A stretch of 63,433 nucleotides of DNA, filler included, from Octopus bimaculoides (taxonomy: Eukaryota), in the NCBI RefSeq assembly GCF_001194135.2. It is 7 parts of 6 records of this genome, joined end to end, with 100 filler letters (N's around TTAATTAATTAA, not from the genome) between each part and the next. Parts side by side here need not be neighbours in the genome. Positions count along the whole stretch, not along the records: positions 21,426 to 35,137 come from NC_068982.1; positions 35,238 to 48,912 come from NC_068992.1; 5 more parts are not named here. One strand, given 5' to 3'. The notes under the pieces were generated by a model that saw only the letters and a program-made list of their open reading frames with translations, made no database searches and was not told the DNA's origin. How positions within the stretch are numbered: position 1 is the first letter of the stretch; the number at the start of each line of letters is the position of its first letter. Both the position numbers and the translations under genes were made by a program. Below are positions 28,716 to 39,530 of the stretch, piece by piece.

Positions 28716-28806
28716 TCATTGGTTTACAGCTGTTTCTGCTATAAGAAGGAGTGCACTCAAAGATGTGAGCTAGTGCAGCATCCTGTAGTTTCCTCAGAGC
28801 CATTGA
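28716..28806 (-). ncRNA. Type I hammerhead motif in sense orientation within an Ig-gene intron
   Basis: TCAATGGCT-CTGAGGA-[long imperfect stem II with AGGA/TCCT and TGCACT/AGTGCA]-GAAA-CAGCTG-TA-AACCAATGA. Stem I pairs 7 of 9, the core is canonical and the triplet is GUA. Confidence 0.65.
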
Positions 28807-28833
28807 AATGAAGTTTCTGCTTATTTCAGAAAG

Positions 28834-28885
<52 letters not shown>

Positions 28886-28932
28886 CATATATATACACAC
28901 AGATATATTTGAGTGTATATATATAAACTTAC

Positions 28933-29074
28933 CATTTAAATGAAGGGCTTGGATGACCAGTGGCAACACAATTGAACATAGCATCTTCACCGCAAACAGC
29001 AGTACAACATAATGGGGTATCAAGGAAGACTGGAGTCTCATAGTCTGCTATTTTAGACAGATTTCTATTCGATC
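28933..29074 (-). CDS. Ig-gene exon, N-half of Ig3 (ETPVFLDTPLCCTAVCGEDAMFNCVATGHPSPSFKW)
   Basis: CTCTTTTTTAG| acceptor, |GTAAGT donor, 142 nt, phase 1 to 2. Confidence 0.92.
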
Positions 29075-30332
29075 CTAAAAAAGAGAAACAGTAATTTAAA
29101 ATAGGATGTTCTTAATGCTAAATTCAATATTTATCTTACAATTTATTTTGGACAAAAACCTAATTGAGTATTTTGTCTAACTTTTGAAATTCTTTTGAGT
29201 TGACTTTTGAATTCTTTGTTGAGATCACCAAAAGATCCAAGTTACTAAAAAATATGACCTTAAAAATCTAAAGTAGGAAACACTGAGGACTGAAGCACAA
29301 GTTTATGCTTGGTTGTCTTTTCTAAAATTAAAAATTCTATAGAATGCACAAAAATTATGAAAAGTGAGCTAGAAGCAAGAATGAATTAGTATTTCAGAAA
29401 GGACTCTATATGGGAGAAGAATGAGAAATGGTTATGAAGGAAGTCTTTAAATAGAAAGTGAAGGTAGTAGCATAGCTGGAGGATGGAGTGCCAGCTCCAC
29501 CCTAGACAAGCTTTTATAGGCACAGCACTTTTGAGTATGATGTATAAGCTTGTAAAGATTTGGGTGCTTGGGGATAGAAAGGGAAGGGGAAAACTCAAGG
29601 GCTGTCCCAAGTGGCACACACACTCTCTATGCTACAAAGTGAAGAGACAAAAAGGAGAAGAATATCAGATTGTAGAAGAAAGAGCTGATGTGTGTACAGG
29701 CTGATATACAGTAAGATTTACTAGTATAAAAATTGAAATAAAAAAGTTATATATAATTGAGTAAAATTAGATAGTCTCCTCTCATTGAAACTTTTGATAT
29801 ATCTGAAGAAAGTATGGAGTATGAGTTTAAAGTTTTTAGGCAGAAGCCAGGAGATGATTTACATAGACCTTCAGTACTTCAAAAAACATTGTTTAATATA
29901 TGAACCAGACCAAGTGTTCCAAACTGAATTGTTACATAACAGGCACATTACTGTATCAAGTACTTGATTCTTACAGTAAGTCCTCAGCAATTGCAAATAT
30001 TCATCAGGATTTTGCTAATTAGCTTCTGTAGTCAGTTAGGTGAGACATTAACAGCTCTTTTGATCAAGTGATCAATAACCACTTCATTATATAGGTTAAT
30101 ATCTAAGATGAAGAATGCACTTCTTGTTTGAGAAGTGTGTATACATGTAGCAACGAATATAAATCATAAAACTTATATACACAAAATTCTTAGTAAATAT
30201 TACTGTGAAGCAGTTTGTAAAAATAAGAACATCTCAAAAAATTATTGGCACACTACTTTACTTCTTGCTTCTTCTCATATCAGACTTACAAAGTGAAAAG
30301 ACAAAAAGAGATTTACATTTCTAAGCACTTAC

Positions 30333-30456
30333 CTTGTAGACTAATTGTAGAACTGCAACTAACAGTACCATGGCTGTTTGTTGCTTCACACACATATTGC
30401 CCTTCATCTTTAGATGATACACAAGGAATATCAAGGGTTAACAACCCTGAGCTGTT
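30333..30456 (-). CDS. Ig-gene exon, C-part of Ig2 (NSSGLLTLDIPCVSSKDEGQYVCEATNSHGTVSCSSTISLQ)
   Basis: CCTTTGCAG| acceptor, |GTAAGT donor, 124 nt, phase 0 to 1. Confidence 0.93.
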
Positions 30457-31128
30457 CTGCAAAGGCAATAAAGGAAAAAAAATTAAGCAGATATAAATGA
30501 TTTACATGATTTAAGACATTTCATTTAGACTTCAGCTCCATAAACCCAAAGCATACATACATATATATATACATATATCCATATATACATACATACATAT
30601 ATATATGTGTGTGTGTGTGTATATATATATGAATATATATATATGTATATAAAAATTATAATACAAATTAACCATTATGGTATTTTTAGTATGCTGGCCA
30701 CTGATAAATTCATTAAATAATGATTTTATCCTAATTATGCATATATATATATATATATGTATATAAAAATTATAATACAAATTAACCATTATGGTATTTT
30801 TAGTATGCTGGCCACTGNNNNNNNNNNNNNNNNNNNNNNNNNNNNNNNNNNNNNNNNNNNNNNNNNNNNNNNNNNNNNNNNNNNNNNNNNNNNNNNNNNN
30901 NNNNNNNNNNNNNNNNNNNNNNNNNNNNNNNNNNNNNNNNNNNNNNNNNNNNNNNNNNNNNNNNNNNNNNNNNNNNNNNNNNNNNNNNNNNNNNNNNNNN
31001 NNNNNNNNNNNNNNNNNNNNNNNNNNNNNNNNNNNNNNNNNNNNNNNNNNNNNNNNNNNNNNNNNNNNNNNNNNNNNNNNNNNNNNNNNNNNNNNNNNNN
31101 NNNNNNNNNNNNNNNNNNNNNNNNNGTA

Positions 31129-31171
<43 letters not shown>

Positions 31172-31516
31172 ATGCGTGTGTGTACACACTCGTGCATCCG
31201 TACAGTTATATATGTATATTTATGCATATATATATATGTCTGTATGTGTCTGTATGCATGTATGTATGCAGATATGTATGTAAGTATGTATGTATGTATA
31301 GATGTATGTATAGATGTATCCATATATGCATGTATGTATATATGCATGTATGTATATATGCATGTATGTATATATGCATGTATGTATATGTGCATGTATA
31401 TGCTAAACTGTAAAAAGATAGCTGCTACCTATGCATTACCTTAGCCATATTTCTCAAAATTAAATGTGTGATAATTATATTTTACAGAATCTTATCTACA
31501 TTTAAAATAAAGTTAC

Positions 31517-31767
31517 CTTGATGACATAAGTCAGTCCACTGTGGATTTTCTCCCCATTTTTATACCATTGTATAGTGGGGTCAGGAACCCCTGATACCGA
31601 GCAGGAAAGCCGAATTGGATTATCAACCTGAGCAAGTTTGTTCTTCAGCTTGGTTGTGAATTCTGGCATGCAGGTGTATTTAGGTTGATCTTCTTCCTCT
31701 TCAGGAGGTTGGCTGTGTTCTTTAGACAATGGATTTCTCTCCAATAGAGATATTGGTTTCTCTTGTG
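31517..31767 (-). CDS. Ig-gene exon, acidic linker plus N-part of Ig2 (PEFTTKLKNKLAQVDNPIRLSCSVSGVPDPTIQWYKNGEKI)
   Basis: CTCATTATAG| acceptor, |GTAACT donor, 251 nt, phase 1 to 0; matches ORF 31502..31744. Confidence 0.93.
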
Positions 31768-32442
31768 CTATAATGAGGTAAATTACACATTTAATTTTTT
31801 TTTTTTTTAATTAGGGTAATGAAATGGACTTGGAAAAGAGGCTGGTGTAAAAGGAGAAGCTGGTGGTAGTGGTGGTAATGGTGAAAAAATGATTGGTGAA
31901 GGTATATAAGAAGAGAGAGAGTGGCAGAAAGAATGAGCAGAAAAGGCAGAGGTAGAAAGAGATAGTATGATTGGAGAAGGGGCGGTAGATGTAAATAGAA
32001 GAAAAAGATAAGTTTCATTTTCTGAATTTCTAATCAATATTAGAAAGAAGAAATATTTAATTTGCATAACTCACTGTATTTGATGGTATATAGGATGCAT
32101 TCAAAAATGTATCCCCCATTGTCTTGTATGGGAATTCCATTAGGTTTATATATTAAAAACTTTATTTTTCTGAATATGCACCGCTGAAGTTGGGGAATAT
32201 AGAGTGTTCATAAATTATCTTTATGACTTCCATAAGCGTTGTCTTGATGTGTTGCATGCAAGTGTTCTGATGTTTCTAATAAAACTTTGCCTATGTTCTT
32301 CAATGAACTCAGGTTATTATCCTTATTTTTCATTTTTTTATTTTGAATTTTTCAAATTGTAAAGGTAATTTACAGACAGCCTGTATATGAAAGTAAAGAT
32401 GTGAGTTCACTGTTTCAATTGATATAAAAACATAAAACTTAC

Positions 32443-32618
32443 TTTCAACAGAAAGTTTTGCTTCTGAAGATGATGACCCAGCTTGGTTGATAGCTTGGCA
32501 CATATAGAAGCCAATATCTTCTCGAATAACTTCATTGATGAACAAGGAAAAGATCTCACTTGATTCTTCAGATATTTTGTAGACATTATCATCTTTAATT
32601 GGTTGTCTGTTTTTGAAC
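32443..32618 (-). CDS. Ig-gene exon, C-half of Ig1 (FKNRQPIKDD...LFINEVIREDIGFYMCQAINQAGSSSSEAKLSVE)
   Basis: TTTAATTTAG| acceptor, |GTAAGT donor, 176 nt, phase 2 to 1; completes the TG|G Trp codon. Confidence 0.93.
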
Positions 32619-34195
32619 CTAAATTAAACAGAAAAATCAGCTTGTTACAGATGATTAAATAAGAATCATTTATGCTAGTATAACCTGTGTTAAAGCAAGA
32701 ATACACTGGGCAGGTGCCCAGGGGCCTCCAGAGGCCCAAGGGCCAATGCTAATCTATGTTTGCTATGGTTTTCCCAGTGTGCCTCAGATATTTCAAACAA
32801 ACCATTTTGGTTTGTTCAGGATTCAATATGCTTCTGAGAAAGCCTTTAACATACATGTACACTTGTATATTATAAGGGGATAAACATGAAATTGTGAAGC
32901 TCATGCTTTTTCTTTCTTCTATCTTTTACTTCTTTCAGTCATTGGATTTATGGCCATGCTAAGGCACTGTGTTGAGGGGTTCAGTCAAATAAATTGGACC
33001 CAGTACTTATTTTTTAAGTCTGGTACTTTTTATATTGATCCCTTTTCCCAAGCCACTAAGTTATGACTGCATAAACAATTCAACACCCATTGTCAAACTG
33101 TGGTGGTGGACAAACACAATAAAAAAACACAAAGACAAATACATACAATAGGTATATATGGACCTCACAGAGGCAATAACTAGTGACTAAGACCTTTGGT
33201 AATGTGCCATGCTTGAGAAGACCTGTCAAGCCAAGTGAAATTGTACTCATGGCTGATGCTGGTGTCACGTAACTGGCACCCATACCAGTGGAACGCAGAA
33301 AGTACCGTTCAAGCATTGGGCCTCATGGAGGCAAAGTGGCCAATACCAGTGTCATGTAATAGGCACCCGTGCTGGTGGTACATGAAAACCACCATTCAAG
33401 CGTTGGGCCTTACAGAGGCAATGTGACCGATGCCAGTGTCACATAACTGGCATGTAGAAGCACCCATTACACTCTTGCAGTGATTGACATTAGGGAGGGT
33501 ATCCAGCCATAGAAATCATGCCTAATCAAATTGGAGTCTGGTGTAGGCCCTCAGCTTACCAGCCCTGGTCAAACTGTCCAACTCATGCCAGCATGGACAA
33601 CAGACGTTAAATGATGATGATGATATATATATGTAACGAGCTTCCTTACAGTTTCTGTTAACTAAATTCACTCACAAAATATTGGTCCACCTGGGGCTAT
33701 AGTAGAAAACACTTCCCTATGGTGCTACACAGTGGGACTGAACCCAAAACCATGTGGTTACAAAAGAAACTTCTTAACTACATAGTTATGCCTGTGCCCA
33801 ACCATGACTTTCTCCAGGCATTAATAATGTAAGTGACTGCTAATTCAAGTCACCAAGAACCTTATTATACATTAAGCGACAGTCATAGGTAAATAAACAG
33901 TGTAGAATATTTGTTTCCTTTTGGTTTCACTCCTTCAGATTTTCAAATTTTTGCACAAGGCCAGCAATTTGGGGTGTGAGGGGAGGGATAAGTTGATTAC
34001 ATCAACCCCAGTGCTCAACTGGTACTTATTTTATCGATTCCAAAAAGATGAACTGCAAGCTCAACCTAGGCAGAATTTGAAATCATAATGTAGAGACAGA
34101 TGAAATGCTGTCAAGCATTTTGCCCAGCATGCTAGTCCTTCAGATGATATAAACACAATTGACAATATAACTATAAGAATATATCCATTACTTAC

Positions 34196-34322
34196 CATAT
34201 AATCCTGCCTTCAGGGTGAGCACTTATTTTGCATCTAAATTTCACACTTGCTCCTTCAGAAACAACAATATTATGAAGTCCTTGAAGAAATTTCGGTGGT
34301 CGGTACCTCTCGAGTGTATAGT
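34196..34322 (-). CDS. Ig-gene exon, N-half of Ig1 (YTLERYRPPKFLQGLHNIVVSEGASVKFRCKISAHPEGRIIW)
   Basis: TTCTTATTCAG| acceptor, |GTAAGT donor, 127 nt, phase 1 to 2. Confidence 0.9.
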
Positions 34323-34479
34323 CTGAATAAGAACAGAAGGAAACATTTGTATTACACTAGATTGCATTTAATGTTAATTATCTTGATTTCTTAGTTCATG
34401 ATATTTACAGCTTCTTTTTTACTGTGAACATGATAATTATCATTGATTTGTGAAATAGATATTACATACAAAGTCAATA

Positions 34480-34612
34480 TTGTTTTGTGAAGCAGTTATC
34501 ACATAGAAAGATAATGTCGATTTGTCAAATAGTTATCTCATAGAAAGATAATGTTGTTTTGTGAAACACTTATAATGTAGAAAGATAATATTGCTTTGTG
34601 AAATAGTTATTG
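34480..34612. repeat. ~37-bp minisatellite, 3-4 degenerate copies
   Basis: Unit tttgtgaaatagttatcacatagaaagataatgttg. Confidence 0.8.
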
Positions 34613-35237
34613 CATTCACATTTCCATGCTTGCATCGGTTGGATGGAGTTTATTGAGACAAATTTTGTATGGCCCACCAGCCCTCACCTGTTTCCAGACA
34701 CGCTAATGTTTTCCAGAATACTGGAAATGAATGATATACATTTACAACAATCATGTGATGTCAGGACAAGGAGACACAAACATACACCTACTCACATTCA
34801 CATACATACATATATATATATATATATTATCTCGCTGACATACTACGACGAAATCTCAAGATGCAGATAAGATAGAGATTTTTTATTTATTTACGGCCTC
34901 AAACATCTCATAATACCTTCGCGCTTTAGTTGCCCCCCCCCCTATTATTTATCTTGTTTCTCTCCATGAAATTCAATTGAATTCAGTTGTTGTCTTAAAT
35001 TCATGCTTATTCATTTTCTAAGCTTCCTAAATTCATGCTACGTTATATTCTAATCACCCAGAATTCATTGCTCTTTTAAAAATTACGATTTATGCATTGT
35101 TGTCTCTCAAATATTTAAAATCTACAATTAAGAGCCCNNNNNNNNNNNNNNNNNNNNNNNNNNNNNNNNNNNNNNNNNNNNTTAATTAATTAANNNNNNN
35201 NNNNNNNNNNNNNNNNNNNNNNNNNNNNNNNNNNNNN

Positions 35238-35271
<34 letters not shown>

Positions 35272-35671
35272 AAAACAAAAATCAAAAACAAAAAAACGTA
35301 GATATAAACACATGAACAAATAAATAAATAAAAACAAAAACAAACGAACATGCATTAAAAGAGGATATAGATAATACTGGCACTCCTAATACACACACAT
35401 GCACTCACTAAAACATAGACACATTGAAGTATACGCATCCGAACACACACGCAATAGGAATACAACATACAAAATAGCAAGGTGAGACACACATAAGAAG
35501 GAAGAAAGCAAAGGACCACTAATGAGGTCACAGAAGTGTGACGAAAGAAGTCTAGCCGAAATAGGATTAATGTAATATAAAGTAATATAAAGTTGAAGCA
35601 AATGAACACCAAATATACAGTGCGTGTTTTTATTGGCTAAACTGGCAATATAACCATCCCCAAGTACAACA

Positions 35672-35745
<74 letters not shown>

Positions 35746-37570
35746 TTATATTAATTGTTCCAACTTACAAAGAGTACAAGTGACATAAAAAATTAAAGGG
35801 GCGGATGGAAAAAGGTATTAATACAATGAAAAATGCGGCCGCATGCATGTTAGTTTTCTGGAAATATACACAACAAGATTTCCACAGTAGCATTTGCCCA
35901 ATTCGTCACCTGTAAAGGAAACTAAAATGTACTTAAAATTAAAATTCTATTGTACTTAGTATATTGCACCGGAGAATAGCATTTTAAAGATTTGCTATAG
36001 TATATTAAAACAATAATTTCAAAACATTACTTGTTTTTTGCCAAAAATAAGCCCGTCCAATTTTAAGCCAATGGAATTATATTCCGAAACTCTTTTCATG
36101 TATAGCACCAGTAATTTTTATTATTTTCATAAAACATTATGTAAAGAAAATTGTTTAAGTCTGTATTTAAGCCCATGTGCTTATTTTTGGAAGCAGCTGT
36201 ATTTTAAAAATGAGTTAAAATAAAATCCATTTAAAAAAAAATCAATATGAAATTCGCCTAATTAGTCATCGCTAGGAGAGAATTGAAAGTGAGGAATTAG
36301 GTGAAGTAATGAATTAGCCAAAGATGAATTAGTCTAATTCCACTGTATTAATGCTAACTAATAAATTTTACTTGTGATTTATTTGTCAGATTAAATTTTC
36401 CTTTTTAATATGGAAAAATTGACTGAGCATATGGTTGATTTGAAACCATTTAATAGCCATCCTATTGCAATCAATGTTTTTTGGTTTTGTAATGGGATTT
36501 CAATTCTTGTACAGTATTACTTACAGCTTCATATTTTACTGTTTTTACAATACAACTAAATAAAACGTCTATTTTAATTGTATATTTCTCGACATGATTA
36601 AAAACACGTTTTTGTTGAAACCTATTCTTGATTCTTTTTGTACCATGATTTTAAAGTTTTGTTTGTTTTTTAGATTCTCATAATAAATAAAATAAATTAT
36701 CTCAAATTTACCTAATATAATGCATTTTAGATTTAAAATGTTATTCTTGGCTGCAATATTTTAAGTACAGTAGAATTTTAATTTGAAGTACATTTTAGTT
36801 TTCTTTAGACATGACAAATTAGGCAACTCCCTCTGTAGAAACCTTGTTCTCAACTTCAGGTGTAATAACTTAAGAATATTAACACACATACGCCCGCATT
36901 TTTCATTGTAATCCACATTTTTCCAGACAATGCAAGAAATATTGTTTTGTTAAAACATATTTGAATGAAATGAAATATGCCTGTATATCTATTTCCATTT
37001 AAACTTTATACATTTTAGGATAATGAGACATATAATTATAATTGTAAAAAAATATTGGACCCTATATCTTTACGATAAATGAAAATTTTATATTAAAACA
37101 AAGTGCATAACACGAACGCGCTAAAAACGTCACTGCTAAAATCCCCTAAGAAAAATAATTTTCTGTATAATAGTGCATATTAATGTAATACTAATTTTTT
37201 TTTTATAAAATCAAGATATATATATGTATGTATATANNNNNNNNNNNNNNNNNNNNNNNNNNNNNNNNNNNNNNNNNNNNNNNNNNNNNNNNNNNNNNNN
37301 NNNNNNNNNNNNNNNNNATATATATATATATATATATATACTTAAAATAATATAGTGTAGTAAGCTTTTATAAATGTTTCTACCAGTGGCCTAACTTGTA
37401 TAAAAGGGCAATAGATTTTCCATTTAAAATTAGCGTACATTTAAACACAAAAAGTAATGACCCTTAACAGGCCGCCTTATCATGATAGAAGGAACAGTCA
37501 AATGTCCAAAATCGCAGTTAAGATCAGTTTCGAAGGGAATGAAAAATAAAAACATTTACCATGATATACA

Positions 37571-37640
37571 GGCAGGCTTAGGTTTCGAACTTTAATTAGC
37601 AAATAAAATAATTTGCTAGATGAAGTTCTCATCAGTGGGT
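37571..37640 (-). ncRNA. Hammerhead motif, degenerate cleavage site (copy 1 of tandem)
   Basis: ACCCA-CTGATGA-GAACT..TAGCAAAT TATTTT ATTTGCTA..AGTTC-GAAA-CCTAAG-CC. The core and stem II are intact; the triplet GCC lacks U16.1. Confidence 0.6.
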
Positions 37641-38022
37641 ACTCCAAACATTAACATATAATTTGGAGACAGAATAACACGTGTCTCATCTTTATATATT
37701 ATTTTTCAAATCCACCTCGCAAGCGCAGTTCAGTGGGTACCAAATAAAAAATATCAACTAACTCCAGAAGTTACTAAAATCATATTCTTAAAATAGTATT
37801 GAGTAGCAACATTTTAGAGATGTTTCTACCAGTGGCCTAGCATGTATAAAAAGTCAATAGACAACATATTTTCCATATGAAATTAGTGTAAATTTAAACA
37901 TTAAAAGAGGTGACGCTCAACAGGTTGTCTGACATGCTAGAATGAACAGTCAAAAGTCCAAATCCACACTTAATGGCAATTTCGAAGAAAATGAAAAATA
38001 AAAACATTTACCATGTTTTATA

Positions 38023-38092
38023 GCCATCCATATGTTTCGAATTTTAATTAGCAAATAACATTATTTGTTAGGCAAATTTCTCATCAGTGGGT
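38023..38092 (-). ncRNA. Hammerhead motif, degenerate cleavage site (copy 2 of tandem)
   Basis: ACCCA-CTGATGA-GAAAT..TAACAAATAA TG TTATTTGCTA..AATTC-GAAA-CATATG-GA-TGG; triplet is GGA. Confidence 0.6.
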
Positions 38093-38981
38093 ACGTCAAA
38101 CTTCGCCTACGATATGTTTTTATTTGCTCATCAAATTTCGAAGCCTAGGTCTTATTGTAAAATATGGTAAATGTCATTATGGNNNNNNNNNNNNNNNNNN
38201 NNNNNNNNNNNNNNNNNNNNNNNNNNNNNNNNNNNNNNNNNNNNNNNNNNNNNNNNNNNNNNNNNNNNNNNNNNNNNNNNNNNNNNNNNNNNNNNNNNNN
38301 NNNNNNNNNNNNNNNNNNNNNNNNNNNNNNNNNNNNNNNNNNNNNNNNNNNNNNNNNNNNNNNNNNNNNNNNNNNNNNNNNNNNNNNNNNNNNNNNNNNN
38401 NNNNNNNNNNNNNNNNNNNNNNNNNNNNNNNNNNNNNNNNNNNNNNNNNNNNNNNNNNNNNNNNNNNNNNNNNNNNNNNNNNNNNNNNNNNNNNNNNNNN
38501 NNNNNNNNNNNNNNNNNNNNNNNNNNNNNNNNNNNNNNNNNNNNNNNNNNNNNNNNNNNNNNNNNNNNNNNNNNNNNNNNNNNNNNNNNNNNNNNNNNNN
38601 NNNNNNNNNNNNNNNNNNNNNNNNNNNNNNNNNNNNNNNNNNNNNNNNNNNNNNNNNNNNNNNNNNNNNNNNNNNNNNNNNNNNNNNNNNNNNNNNNNNN
38701 NNNNNNNNNNNNNNNNNNNNNAATAATATGACAAAACAGAGGAAGGGAGTAAAAGAATAAGGAGATGGAATGGAGATTCTGTTATTGAACATTGATATGT
38801 TTCCGTCTTTTTCTTGGGATGTCTACTACATCGGGATTTTTAACCCACATTGATATACGGAGGATTGCACCTACGAAATCATGCTCTTGTTTCTATAACT
38901 TCGGAATGTTGAACTATGAACTTTTATGCTTCTTTTTTCTTCTATCTTTCCATCTCCTTATTCATTTTCTCCCTTCCTCTA

Positions 38982-39038
38982 TGTTGTCGATGACGGAATA
39001 TCTCATATTCAGAGATATTCCAGAAACAGCTGTAAACT
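38982..39038 (+). ncRNA. Degenerate hammerhead motif (TCGATGA core)
   Basis: Perfect 10-bp stem II GGAATATCTC/GAGATATTCC (38995-39021) followed by A-GAAA-CAGCTG-TA-AAC; the core has two swapped bases. Confidence 0.5.
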
Positions 39039-39506
39039 CTTTCTTCCTATAATAATATTGTGCATGACTTCAGAAGTTTGCCTTGCCTTGATGTTTGACG
39101 TCCTGTTTAACAATTAAATATCCGCTGCATCGGAAATCTGCAATGGTTCAATTACTACCGTCTCGGCTATAACCGTGGAGCACCAGTAATCCGTTACAGC
39201 ACTTACCTAGCGTACCTAATCGTTTAGATCACCTGTGAACAAAACATCCATACTTGTGTGTATATAAAAAGCAGAGCTAGACAGAAGCGGTATTAGAACA
39301 TATCAACTAAATAGTAAGAAGAGAATGTTATAATATAAATGGTAAAGCCATGGCAAATAAAATCTTTTTTAAATGCATAAATAGCCAATGCATCCACCGT
39401 AAGGCAAGAGAAACCACCTGTTCTTTGTTAGGGCAAAGTTAGTTTGTTAGTCCAAATCCATGTAAATTTTTTTTAAATGCCTGCAATTCAGCTATGTTTC
39501 TTGTCA

Positions 39507-39530
39507 ACTTACCTGAAAATAAAACAAACT
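39507..39530 (-). promoter_or_regulatory. Recursive-splice-like (zero-length exon) site
   Basis: Minus strand GTTTGTTTTATTTTCAG|GTAAGT: a strong acceptor fused directly to a perfect donor. Confidence 0.45.

Larger units (their letters stand above)
22434..34322 (-). other. Spliced gene body encoding a protein with four I-set immunoglobulin domains (titin/UNC-89/palladin-like, no signal peptide or TM seen)
   Basis: Eight exons with GT-AG boundaries whose phases chain without a break (1-2-1-0-1-2-1-1-2). They give four copies of the PxF..L...G..v.f.C...g.P.P.i.W.k.g ... l.I..v...D.G.Y.C.A.N..G I-set pattern. The orthologue was not identified. Confidence 0.88.
37341..38152 (-). repeat. Diverged tandem duplication with ~450-bp period, one hammerhead per unit, plus an inverted partial third copy (38098-38151)
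   Basis: cttaaaata at 37341 and 37787; tgtttctaccagtggcct, gaaaaataaaaacatttaccatg and tctcatcagtgggtac occur in both units; GAAG-CCTAGG-TC on the + strand at 38140-38151. Confidence 0.85.

Noticed and set aside
28709-28732. Paired CAGCTG E-boxes as a myogenic enhancer
   Set aside because: One box is the hammerhead stem III palindrome and there is no independent evidence; co-option is not excluded.
30640-30817. 114-bp-period direct duplication
   Set aside because: It ends exactly at a gap and is probably a contig-end overlap artefact.
36027-36201. MEF2/CArG-like CCAAAAATAAGC inverted pair plus CAGCTG as a muscle enhancer
   Set aside because: Better explained as the TA-flanked TIRs of a degenerate pogo-like MITE; such motifs are also frequent by chance in AT-rich DNA.
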